In this document: positions 25,145 through 37,799 of the stretch, one piece after another
Layout: each line of letters opens with the position of its first letter
Numbering within the stretch: position 1 is the first letter of the stretch
Source of the DNA: Gnetum montanum
Taxonomy: Eukaryota > Plantae > Gnetophyta
Reading direction: 5' to 3'
Assembly (NCBI GenBank): GCA_015680685.1
Contig: MNCI01001408.1
Span: 1 to 64,000, forward strand
DNA length: 64,000 bases
The notes under the pieces: model-generated
What the model saw: the letters and a program-made list of their open reading frames with translations, nothing else
What the model was told of the DNA's origin: nothing
The model's database searches: none
Position numbers and translations under genes: made by a program

Positions 25145-25939
25145 TGATGAGTGGCGAGGTACCCCTACACTCAACCATACGAATATGAGCATTTCACGCA
25201 TGATCCAGTCAAACTCTGCAAACAAACTAGTTGTGGTATCTAGATAATTATTCTTAGGTCATAGTTCGCTATCTTCCCATCTGGACTAGTGTTAACTTGT
25301 CATGTATGGTTTAGTCTGGAGTGAGGTGTATGATGTGTTCCTATACTAATGCTACTCCTAGAGATAATGGAAAGTGATATTAACTAAGCTAAGAGAGAGA
25401 AAGGGTGAGAGAGAATATAAGCTAGCCTAAGTGCGATAAGCATCCATTCCTCAATCATCCGTACACATCTTGGACCTCGTGCACGACTACAACTGGGATT
25501 ACCAAGCCTAGATCCTAGGTACGCTATTGGGTTACCAAGTAGTCACACTTAAATGCTTGTGATTAAGTCGTACTCATTCTGTGTTTAATAGGAATTTAGG
25601 GTAAGAAGAGATATTAACTAAGAAAGTAGTAAATAACAATTAAATAAATAATTAAGCTAAGTGGATGCTGCAATGATGAAGTAATCTCGATCTTTATTGT
25701 TGGTCATGTGCGTGTCCAAGTACGTCACACTCAAATAAGGATGCCGTACAATTACAATTACCACACTACAGGCATACATTGGGACAGAAGGGTTAAGAGA
25801 AGAACTACTTAAAACTAAACTCTTAAAGCTAAGAATTAAAAAACTTCAGACTCATCTATCTACCTCTTATTTATAGATGAGGAGACAGGCTACGATATCG
25901 TGTACATGATGTTGCGGCCAACGAAATGATAACTCATTA
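25145..25939 (-). mobile_element. 5' LTR
   Basis: tgatgag...ctcatta termini; homologous to 116-1090 and 17545-18089. Confidence 0.88.
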
Positions 25940-26420
25940 GTTTCCAAGGCCTAACTTTTGTTTTCTCACTAAATAAGATGTGTTACATTCAATGAACTTG
26001 GTTGGTAAAGCATGTCAAAGAAGATGTCAATGGTCATAATGCATGAGTGTCAAACATAGGTTTTCATTGTTATTAAAAAGGAAGGCTAGAATTTGGTTAC
26101 AAGGTTATGGATTAAGAGGGGTAGTAGAGATGATGTTAGGTGAGAACTATTGACAAGATTGAATAAGCTAATTGAATATTGTGTATTGAGATCACAAGGT
26201 GACTTGTTATTGTGATGAATCACATATTTGTGATGGCTCTAGGCTTATCGTGCAAGCACAAATATAATCAGTTACTAAGACAAGTTAAAGAATACATGTG
26301 ATTACATGAGGTTACATAAGGTTTTAAGAAAATATAGCCCCCCATAGGTTACAATTGGCAGAACATGAAGATTATGTTTCTTGCTTTTTAGATTCATACA
26401 AAGTTTGTAGTGTTTTGAGG
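25940..26420 (+). pseudogene. Possible MULE transposase remnant with SWIM zinc finger
   Basis: VTCYCDE then a frameshift then MALGLSCKH near 26200-26260 fits the SWIM pattern CxC..GxxCxH. Confidence 0.45.
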
Positions 26421-27049
26421 TGTCAAAGAGAGATATGATATTATGCAGGCTCTTTTATCAAAGGTTACGAGGTCCATCAATGTTACATTCTCATATAAAC
26501 CTCCAAATAAAAGATCAAAAATACTAAAAGCAAACATGTTAATGTTAGATATAATCAAGACCATGTGAAGATTCTAGTATTGCAATTCAAGGCTTTGGTA
26601 ATGTTAAAGAAAAATGAGATTCTAGTGAGGAACTTGGTTTCAAAGTTTTCTCCTTACCATCATGGTTTAAAATGGGGAATTCAACCATGAAATCCTTTAT
26701 GATGTTTTTGGCCTTTCAAGTTAAAGGTAGATAGGTAATTCTAGGGTGTTAAGGATACATGGTCAAAAGGCTTACAAGCTCTAAGTTTAAGCATTTGACA
26801 TCAACCATGTCAAATCAACATTATAAGAAGGATCCACTTAAGCTACAACACTAGTCGAATTGCTTCCTCATCATTGTAGCCTAATTCTACATGTCAAGAT
26901 AAGCACATAAAGTGGCATCTGCATGATATAATTGTTAAACAATGTTAAAATAGTATAAAATACTATAATAATAAAATAATATAAGGTAAAATAAGGTTAA
27001 AACAAGGCAAGGCAAGGCAAACCAATGCAAAATAAGGTAGAACAAGGCC

Positions 27050-27520
27050 TAAATAATATAAAATGACATCAAACAATGTTAAATGATGGTAAAAAGAAGC
27101 TAATCAAAGTCAAATGGTGCCAAAATGGGATAAATGATGTAAAATGATGCTTAAGATGGTGTGAAATGATATCAAATTATGCTAAATGATATCATATTAA
27201 GTAAAATGATGTCGAATGATGTTGAATGATACCAAATGACGGGAAACTGATACTAACTGGTGTCAAATGATATCAAAATGATGCAAAATAATGTCAAATG
27301 ACACAAAATGATGGGAAAATGATATCAAATGATGTCAATGGTATCAAATGATGTAGAATGAGGTCAAGCAAGGTCAAATGATATTAACTATTATCAAAAT
27401 GATGAAAAATGATGTCAAATAGTGTCAAATGACACAAAATGATGGAACATTGATATAAAATGATGTCAAATGGTATTAAATGATGTAGAATGAGGTCAAG
27501 TAAGGTCAAACATGGTCAAA
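27050..27520. repeat. Degenerate 10-bp tandem array (AAATGATGTC/AAATGATATC)
   Basis: Dozens of visible decamer units, including a roughly 130-bp higher-order duplication (about 27290-27385 vs 27420-27510). Confidence 0.85.
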
Positions 27521-30123
27521 TATAATATTATTTATTTTTAGGTTATTTTATGATCAAAATAAGAAAAAATCTAGCGAAAACTACCAATTGATGGTTAAAA
27601 TAAGAAAATATTTAAAAAAAAGATATAAATTGATTAAATAAGCTAAAATTTAGAAAAATAGGCTATAAATTATTAAAATAAGTAAAAATATAGTTAAAAT
27701 AATTAAAATAGACAAAAATCTAGTGAAAACAAGCTATAAAGTGCTAGAAAATTGGTCTCTTATGGTTAGAATAATTAGAAAAGATTAAAATTTGTATATT
27801 TAGCATGTAGGGCCTAATTTTCCAATGTGTGAGGATTGTGGAACATACCCACAATGTGTGGGATCTAAATTCTCAATGTGTGAAGAATGCTAACCATGTT
27901 TATGTCTTTTTTGACTTGATTTGATTGCATCTAGGTAGTGTAGGGGTAGTTTAGGGTTTGTTTGACCATTACAAGCAATGTATGAACAAGTTTCATTAGG
28001 GTTATCACTTACCATTGCCACACATGTTGCCACATACACTACCATAGTGTTTGGGATAGGTTTTCCTATCATGTGAGATTAAAATCTAGTTTTTACAGCT
28101 TGTAAATATTACTTTTCTCTTCAATTTTCCATCCTAGGTCTTGTGGGATCCACAAGAAAACTTACAAGGAATTCTAGGCATGATCAATCTTGGTATAAGC
28201 CTCATACACTAGCCCACACACCACCATAGCATGTGGGACTTGAATCCTAGCATGTGGGGTTAAACTTGATAGTTTGTAGGGATTTTCAATTAGGTTTTTA
28301 GCTTCTTTAGGCTTCCACAGTAGTGTCTAGGCTATGAGGAGAGATCTATAGCTTTTTTACTATCCTGGGAAAAGTATGATGTATATTGATCAGGTTTAGA
28401 ATTCTTTGAGGCTTCACATAGTTCCCACATACTACTAAAGCTTGTGGGACTTGCATCTCCAATGTGTGGACACTCTTGGTCAAATCCTCAAAGTGTGGAC
28501 TTGAAAATCTTAGTGTATGAGTAGTTTTGGGAGGCTTTTTAGCATGTTGGAATTTTATGGATTTTTTCAAGACTTGGTGGAGTCCTTTGGACAATGTGTA
28601 GTCATGTTTGACGAGGAAAATTAATTTTTTTTACCCCAGATGTTCCTACACATGCTGGCCTAGCATGTGGGGCTTCTGTATCTAGTGTGTGAAGCAAGAT
28701 AAGGTTTTCCTATATGTCATATGCTACTGCACATGCTATGGCATCGTGTGGGACTTGTATTCTCAATGTGCTAAATCAAAACACAATTTCCTTAACATGT
28801 GAAGGTTAATTCCTTCGCATGTGAGAGCTTTTTAGGTAGTGTGTGGGTATTTGGGAAGGATTTTCATCATAAAAACTTAACATATGAGCTAATCTCTTCA
28901 CCAATCTCCCACCTACAACATGTAGGAGCTAGATTTATGTCCATAAACCTAAATACTTAATATTTTTCAATGATTTTGGCTTCTACCCATCTCTTATACC
29001 TAGTGTACTACTATAGATCCAAGAACTTTAGGCTTCCTTCTACATTAGTCAACATAGAGTCTTGCAACCATAGTGAAGAAAATTGGATCAACAAGTTGGA
29101 ACCTAGGATTAGAGGAGGTAAGGGAAGTTATATATATTATTTCTAGGCTTTTGAATCCTTCTATAGGTTAAGGATCTATGTCAAGAGCCATCAAGCATCG
29201 TTCTTTTACCATTTACTATGTTTTTTGATGAAATTGTAGATACGTTTTCCCATCCCTAGGCTTGACTAGGTTTAGATTTTTCATTCCATCTACCTCAAAT
29301 CCAAGGTTTAGGTGTTTCAACTATGTAAGGGGTGAAATTTTTATTTTTTAACATTTTTTGCAGAGATTTGAGTTTTTTCCCAAACCTATACATAGCATTG
29401 ATGCCCATTTTTGTCGATTTTGGCCAATTTTCATCATTTTTTCTAACCTATGTATGGATAGGTTTTCAAATTTTGACTACACAAGATTTTTCATTAGGGT
29501 GTTTTGGCTAACCTAGAGGTGAAACTAGACTTTTTGTAATTTTTTTTTATTTTTTCCAAACCCAGTGCATTACATTTTGACCTATATTTTGAAATTTTGT
29601 AGCTTTTTCATGGAAAAACTAGTAAGTGTCTAGAATTTTTTGATCACATATGGTCAGTATCTAGGGCTCCCAAGGACAACAAGGGTAGTATAGAAGGTTC
29701 TAAATCAAGTTTGAATTTTAAAATTTTCTTGAACTTTTTTCAAGGATTTTACTATAGTTAATTCACTACAAACTAGAGTTTTCGTTGAAAATTTTATGCA
29801 ATTCTAGATTTTTCTACACCTATAACTACAACATTGATGGTGAATTCAAGTTGTGTTGGTCATGTTCTTTTCATCCAATATCAAAAATAATTTCATTTTT
29901 TTTCTTTTTCTCCAATGTTGGGATCGTGCACTGGTCAATTTTAAATCTTGGTTGTAGAGTTTTTTTGGGTTTTCAAGCTATAATTAATAGCGTTGGATTT
30001 TTGGGATTGTGTTTTGGCCATTGTGGGATATTTTCAATTTGGCTAGCATGTGGCACCTTCTGGGCTTGTTAGCATAGCTATTTGGGGGGGGGGGGGGTTT
30101 GGGACCTTTCATGGGAAGGTATG

Positions 30124-30993
30124 TGATAAGCAGTGAGGTACCCCTATGCCCAACCATACAAATCATAGGCATTCACATGTGATCTAGTCAGATTCTACAA
30201 ACTTTAATTACCAAGTATGCTAGAGGTAAATGGTGAGTTTGTGTTGTCTATTCATTGTCTTCCCAATTCCACTTGTGAAATGCAAGTGTATGGTTAAGTG
30301 TGACTGAGGCATATGATTTTTATCATTTTATGTTTTATCAATTTGATCACCTAAAATAATAATGAAAGTGAGAGTAATTAAATGCTAAGTGAAATATTGT
30401 CTAATCTAACCTAACACAAGTAACCATCCCCACTTCTTGGACACATCTTGAACTTCATGTAAACACTGTTGGGTTGTCAAATGCTAACCATTTCTAAGCT
30501 ACCAACTGTCACATGTATGTTTGAAGGGGTTGTGCTTGTGTATTTTAATTGGTTTCTTAATTAATCAAAATTAATTGCTAAATGAATAAAATTAAATGTA
30601 AACTACATGAAATCACAATATATAAATGCATAAAGAAAGAAATTCTCATGTGCTGCAAGGATGAATCAAAGAGCTCATCTTTATTGCCAACACAATGGTG
30701 TGTTCAAGTACATCAATGCTTGAATAAAGATCTGATTACACTTAGACCTCCTATTGTGGGCACTTGAAAAATATTCTAATTCTCAAATTAACAAAATACA
30801 AGAATTTTGCTGCTTGAATTTAAAAAATACTCCCAAATCGTATGCCCAAGGGTTGTATTTATAGGCTCAAGAGTACCCTGTGATATCACATGCTCGATAT
30901 CGTATCTTGGGCCATGATATCGCATACCCAATATCATGTACTTGATATCGTAGCCACCCCAATATTAGAGCTTATGTAAAACATGATTCAACA
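30124..30993 (-). mobile_element. 3' LTR
   Basis: Aligns end to end with 40191-41059; preceded on the minus strand by gtggaggta (short PPT-like tract). Confidence 0.93.
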
Positions 30994-33004
30994 TACCTCC
31001 ACGACTGAATGAAAACTCGTTCTAGAGTACAAAAGAAGAGGAACAAGTCCCTTACAAAATATATTAGGAGGTATGGAATGTTTGACTAACATGCAGAGTG
31101 ACATAGAGAAAATAGACAAATACAAAAGTTCTTGAGCATACATCATTATAATTGTGTACAAAGTTGGATGTTCATGATAACAAGAAAGAACACCCTCAGA
31201 TCCAATGGACATCCAACCCCCCTTGATAATAGAAGAATGAGGGAGAGGGAGAAGAGATCCAACGATTTTGAACAATCTCCCATGAGTGATATTATTGCAT
31301 CATCCTTGGTGAAAATAGTCCTTCTTCTAGTCCATGCTCCCCACTATAATCACAACAAAATCAAGGATTAGTATATAAAGTGTAACACATAGCAGTTGAA
31401 TATCTTGTCTCATCAATGATTTTGTCTTACTGAGTTGTGATTGTGGTAGATTGGTTGCTTCATAATGTTAGTGGGAGGATTGAAAAATGGGTTAAATAAG
31501 AGAAGTGGTCCATAAAATTTAGAAACATCTTAACACAAGGAATACTAAAAAGTGAGTATAGAAATTCAAAATAATAAAAAGAAAGAATTCACTAAAAATA
31601 GTTGTGAAGATGTGTACAATTGGATGGCATTAATGGGATAAATAAAAAGAATTTGATTGTAAAAATGTCTAAGGCTAAAGAACTTAACTTAACCAAACCA
31701 AAAGATATGCAAGTGGGTCCTCCCCAAAGTAGGCATAGGCCTTTTATGCCCTTACATAACTTCAAGCCAAGGAGTCTATGGGCATCATGGATGATTATTG
31801 GTTACAAAAGGTTAAGTACAAAAACCCAGATGTAACTGACCGAGAATCTCAACACATCAAACCAGAACATCGAATCAAAACATGAAGCTAGTAGTGAGGT
31901 GAGGCATGAAAAGCATAGATGGATGAGATAGAGAATGGAATAGAGTTCCTAATTATGATCACATGAAGTCCCTTGTGAAGTTTGTGATTAAATGACTCAA
32001 TAGGATCCATCCTTAGTCTAGACCAAAACCAACCACTTTCAGTGACTTTGCATCGACATTCTAAGACTAGTCCATTCCCTAAGACACAAGAATGCTCCCA
32101 CAAAACAACCACTATTCCAAATTAGAGAATAAGTAGGAAGTAAGAAAGGGCCTTAGTTAGAGGAAACAAGACAAGTCCCATAGCCAGTTCTTGTAGCTCT
32201 TTTATTTGGTCTAAGGGGTATGCTTTGAATTTCCATATTATTTATTTATGATTTTTTTTCGATGGGAACCACACCATGCAAATATCCATGCGATTTCACA
32301 TTTATTTTGTCCAAGGGATGTGCCTTGAATCCTCCTCATCTTTCTCTTTTTCTTTAATAAGGGCCATAGCATGCAAGGACTTATTTGACTTCCTATTATG
32401 GAATGACACAAAACGATGAGAAGTTCACAAGAACACCCCCACACATAGGAAAAAGGAAAATCATGAAGAATACCACATCCCTTTGAAGCCACACCATTTT
32501 TGAACCTTTGATTTCTTTTCAATTTTGGAAACTACACAAGTCACAAATTTATTAAGGTTGTATTAATGAAAAAGGGATTGCACGTTTCCAAAACAAGGAA
32601 AACCATAGAGTGTGTGTATGGGTGGATGATGTGGACTCACAACTTATTACATGAAAAGAAACCATGTCCTAGTTTTCAATGACAATATTCAAAGTTAGAA
32701 AGTAGACATCAACAATCAAATCACAATTGATATAAACCACCATCAAGTAGCACATTACCATTGTACCTAGCACCTTATTAGCAAAAAGACTAGATAATTA
32801 CACCAAACATATAAAATATAAAATAAAGTAAAAGACATTCAAGAAATATTAAATATACTAACAATGGTGTAAAACAAAAACTTAGAAAATATCAATAACC
32901 TGAAAAACAAAAAGATCTAAAACAAAAAATATGAAAATAAAAAGTTGTAAAACCAAAAATGTGTAAAAAAAAAAAGTCAAAGGACTAAGGAGCCACTTAA
33001 AGTG

Positions 33005-34945
33005 TTAGTATGGATGGCCATCTCCCCCATGACTAAGTTGGAAGGAGGAGATCTGAAAAATTGAGTGTGGTTGCCCATCTAGTGAAGTGTCTATTGAGTT
33101 GGTTAATTTGGGCTCATGGAAAGGTTTCAGTTGTTGGATGTTGACTAATTGCTTCTTGTTTGGGCTATTAGGTTTATATATAATCATGACCTTAGATGGA
33201 AAATTCTCTTTGATAATGTAAGGTCCTTTCAACAACATTTGAAATTTGGTTCATTGAGGCACGTGTGTAGGATTCCAATAGAGAACCTTGTCTATTGGTT
33301 GAAACTTGACTTTCCTTATCTTAAGGTCATGACATTTCTTGTTGAATGCCTTATGCATTTCATTGGATGATAGGGCCATTAATAAATTTTCATTTAGCAA
33401 GTTGAGGTTCATTAATCTTTCCTTTTATGCTAGACTTAAATCCATGTCAAGGTCACTGGCTGTAGAGAGTGTATAGAGATTTGATTGAATGGGCAATGTT
33501 ATTAGTTTTTCATACACAAGCTCATAGGGAGAATAACCTATGAAAAGCTTCCATGTAGAGTGATAGGCCCAAAGGGAATCATTTAATTTGGTGCTCTAGT
33601 TCCTTCGATACTTGCTAATAGCGCATGTTAGAATTTTTGTAATCTCTTGATTAGTGACTTTAGCTTGACCACTGGCTTGAGGGTGATAAGGTGTTTGAGT
33701 TTGTGCTCAACCCCCAAGTGTTGCATATGTTTTTCAAAAGTGGTGCCTATGAAATGAGTTCCACTATCAAAGATTAACACATGAGGCATACCAAACCTAT
33801 TTATGATATTCTGTTGTACAAACCGACTAGTAGTAGTGGATGTATAGTTAGTGATGATTGCTGCTTTTTCCCACTTAGTGCAATAGTCAACTACAACTAT
33901 TATATATGCCTTTTCATTTGACATAGGCACGATGGGACCCATAAAGTCAATGCTCCAAATATTAAATGGCTTGAGAGGTTAAATCAATTGTTGTGGCCCT
34001 TCCATTCGAGCTATCATTCCACCATCTCTCTGATAATGATCATAAGCGTAGACAAACTAGTGTGTATCCCTAAAGATTGTTGGCCAGTAATATCTTACCA
34101 TGAGGATTTTTATGGTCATGCATCTCTTAGCATAATGGCCCTCACAAGGACCTTCGTAAGTATCCTAGAGAATGCATAGTTTATCCACGTCAAGGACACA
34201 CTAGTGTACCAAGCCATCGAGACATACTTTGTAAAGGTTCCTATTAATTTCCATGAAACACTTAACTTGGTGAAGAAACTATTATTTCTTTTAGGTGTCT
34301 AGCCCTTGCAATAGGNGTATGGAAAATGTGGTCACCGACCACTTATCATAGCTAATATGGGACGATAAGGAGAAAGAGAGCCCCTTATTTGATCAATTTT
34401 TTGATGAATGACACCATTCTTACTTATCTGCTCAATGAACCAAGATGGCATGACACCATTCTTACTTATCTGCTTANCAGTGATGATTGCTGCTTTTTCC
34501 CACTTAGTGCAATAGTCAACTACAACTATTATATATGCCTTTTCATTTTACATAGGCACTATGGGACCCATAAAGTCAATGCCCCAAATATTAAATGGCT
34601 CAAGAGGTTAAATCAATTGTTGTGGCCCTTCCATTCGAGCTATCATTCCACCATCTCTCTGATAATGATCATAAGCGTAGACAAACTAGTGTGTATCCCT
34701 AAAGATTGTTGGCCAGTAATATCTTACCATGAGGATTTTTATGGTCATGCATCTCTTAGCATAATGGCCCTCACAAGGACCTTCGTAAGTATCCTAGAGA
34801 ATGCGTAGTTTATCCACGTCAAGGACACACTAGTGTACCAAGCCATCGAGACATACTTTGTAAAGGTTCCTATTAATTTCCATGAAACACTTAACTTGGT
34901 GAAGAAACTATTATTTCTTTTAGGTGTCTAGCCCTTGCAATAGGT
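33005..34945 (-). pseudogene. Integrase (partly duplicated by assembly)
   Basis: IDFMGPIVPMSNEKAYIIVVVDYCTKW..RFGMPHVLIFDSGTHF core; GPY motif LKGPYII in ORF 33005-33238. Confidence 0.9.
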
Positions 34946-35076
34946 CTTACTTAAGCAGATAAGTAAGAATGGTGTCATGCCATCTTGGTTCATTGAGTAG
35001 ATAAGTAAGAATGGTGTCATTCATCAAAAAATTGATCAAATAAGGGGCTCTCTTTCTCCTTATCGTCCCATCTTAG

Positions 35077-35460
35077 CTATGATAAGTGGTCGGTGACCAC
35101 ATTTTCCATACCTTTTTCATCTACCATTGTGAGATTGAACTCTTGCAAAATCACAAGCCACCATATGACATGAGGGCTGATTGTTGGTTTATTCATAAAA
35201 AACCAGATGGCACTATGGTCTATATGCATAAACACTCTATAACCAAGCACATAGTGACTAAAATTTTCTAAGGAAAATACCACTGCTATCAAATATTTTT
35301 CTATAGTGATGTAATTTAGATGTGCACCCACAATACTTTAGCTTGTGTAGCAAATGCAATATGGACATTTTTTTATCATCCATATATGTAAGCACTACCC
35401 CCAAAGCATAATTTGATGCATCAGTCATCACATGAAATGGCCTAGACTAATTAGGTGCTT
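35077..35460 (-). pseudogene. RNase H
   Basis: PFHVMTDASNYALG; NYITIEKYLIAVVFSLENFSHYVLG..IDHSAI. Confidence 0.9.
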
Positions 35461-35549
35461 GTAGAATTGGGGTCTCAACAAGCTTTTGCTTCAGTTGTTG
35501 AAATGCTATTTCACATGTAGGGGTCTAGACAAATGATGCATCTTTCTTT

Positions 35550-36420
35550 ATTAACTCAACCAATAGCTTGGAGATTTTGGAAAAGTTCTCAATGAAGCAT
35601 CGATAGTAGCCAGTATGACCAAGGAATGATTGCACTTCTTTAATTGTTTCTAGTTAACATATTATTCCTTGGATGACCCTTATCTTTTCAGTGTCCACCT
35701 TCATTCTTACTTTTGAGATATGGTGCCCCAAGACTATGCCTTCCTGGACCATAAGATGGCTCTTTTGTAAATTGAGTTGGAGGTTTTTTTCAACACATCT
35801 CCTCATCACCTACTCAAGATGGTCCAAGGCTTGCTTAAATGTAGTTCCGTAGGTAGAAAAGCCATCTATGAAGACTTCTAGCCTACTACCAATTTGTTGT
35901 TGGAAAATGCTAAGGACTAGTCATTGAAATGTATTTGGGGCATTACATAGACTGAATGGCATCTGACGATAAGTAAAAGTCCCCCAAGGACTTGTGAAAG
36001 TTGTCTTCACTTAATCCTTTGGTGCAATCTAGATTTGGTTATAGCCACTATAATCATGCAGAAAGCTATAGTAGTTGTGCCTAGAACTGGTGTCCAGCTC
36101 TTAGTTGACAAAAGGTAATGGAAAATGATCTTTGAAAGTTTCCATATTGAGAAATTAGAAGTCGATGCACACCCGTCATTTGCCTCCTTTCTTGGGCACA
36201 ATCATAAGTGGGCTAATCCACTTACTATCTACAATAGGGTAGATGAATCTAGCCTTGAGAAGTTGCTTGATCTCCTCTTTGATAATCTGCTTTAATTTGG
36301 AATTCAACTGCCACTGCAATTGTCATTTTGGCTTAATGGAAAGATCAATATATATCTAATGTTGGCATATTCTTGGATCTATTCCTATGAGCTCAAAATA
36401 TGACTAGGAAAAGGCTGTTG
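35550..36420 (-). pseudogene. Reverse transcriptase
   Basis: DYSGYNQI, TTFTSPWGTFTYRQMPFSLCNAPNTFQ and EVFIDGFSTYG (degenerate YxDD at about 35861-35875). Confidence 0.9.
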
Positions 36421-36899
36421 ACATTTTTCCACAACATTCATCAACATCTTCTTTTTTGCTACAACAAGTTTGACATTAATAATGACCAGCTTTCCATTTT
36501 TTAAGAACACATACTCCATTTTGGTTGGTAGTGTCTTTAATTCAAGGGGTTCTTATTTGAAATTATTAGGAATCCCCAACTCTTTCCAATTGATATCATC
36601 ATTTACTTCCTTAGAGAGCTGGTGATGAACTTTCTCAAGTTCATCCATACTTGTAACATAATCACACATTAGGCCCTTAGTAGGTTCCATGCACAATGTA
36701 CTACTACTAGAATCAGCTGTTAGCTACTGGGTGCCTTCTTGTTTTGTGGTTGCTACATATAGAAATCTTTAGATTTTAGCTTCCAATGCACACTACTTAC
36801 ATGCAAAGATAAATGTTTGCTTCACTGACCATAGCTTCTACACACAATGGCACCCCGAATCACTATATGAAATATATGGAACCATCCTTTTTTTAATCT

Positions 36900-37260
36900 T
36901 TCCAAATTCATTTTCTTTGGATATCTCTAGGGAAAGATCTCTAATGTCCATTTTGGCATCAATAGTGCTTAACCATGCCCTTCCCATAATAATTGGGAAA
37001 TTGGGAAGTCCCCCTTATAGTTCTCCACCTTGATTACTAGGAAGTTGGCAGGATATGACCACCCACAAATAGTGCTCATAATGTCTTCTACCAGTCCTAA
37101 TGGAACAGTGATGGACTAGTCTACCAACTCCAACCTAATGTTGCTCTTCTTCAAGGGAGGAAGGTTCCACATAGTGTACATCTCATGCAAGATCAGATTA
37201 ACACCAAAACTAGAGTCAAGAAGAGCTTTACAAGGCTCATTCCTAGTAATTTTCAAATAT
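36900..37260 (-). pseudogene. Aspartic protease (Athila type)
   Basis: KALLDSSFGVNLI...PLGLVEDI...YPANFLVI...FPIIMGRAWL. Confidence 0.8.
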
Positions 37261-37799
37261 ACTAAGGAACTCCTGAGATTAGATAACTTCCTCGGAAGGT
37301 TACTAGCTCAAATCCAATTAGATACAACATGGATCAACATCATAGTATGGATTTGAGAGGGTTTTTGATTTGAACAAGACTTGGATAAAGGTAAGGCATA
37401 GGAAAGAGGAGGAGTAGGGCTACCAACCACTGGTGTGTCTAAGAGATTTGGTGGATTACGAGATTAGAAGAAGGGTCTTTCCTTTGATCGTGGTCCTAAC
37501 CCACTTGGTTGGCTAACTGGTTACAAATTAATTTTCCTTGTAGCATTTCTTTATTATGGTTAGGCAAGAAATTCACCCTACATAAATGGAGCAAGTGGTA
37601 GTTGTGCAAGATGTGAAGGAGTAGGTGCAAGAATAAGAGGAGCATGAGGATAGTAGGTGGCATCCCTCCTTACATATGGCAGTTGGTAAACTTCAGGAGG
37701 GTAGTGGTGATGTTGGTAAGTAGCAACATGTCTAGATGAGTCCCATGAAGATGAAGGTTGCTAAACATAATAACCATAGGGATCTAGTTGCTGGTAGGG

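Larger units (their letters stand above)
17545..25939 (-). mobile_element. Non-autonomous Athila-like element (gag plus ORF2, no pol)
   Basis: Two homologous LTRs, PBS, gag remnant and long ORF2; no protease/RT/RH/INT motifs in the 7 kb interior. Flanks ATTGT/GTTTC do not form a TSD. Confidence 0.8.

Noticed and set aside
33850-34945. Apparent integrase duplication with an inverted insert (ORFs 33988-34179 and 34389-34808)
   Set aside because: Near-identical copies bounded by single Ns at 34316 and 34477, and 34317-34476 is the reverse complement of about 34952-35112. This fits a scaffolding or haplotype artefact.
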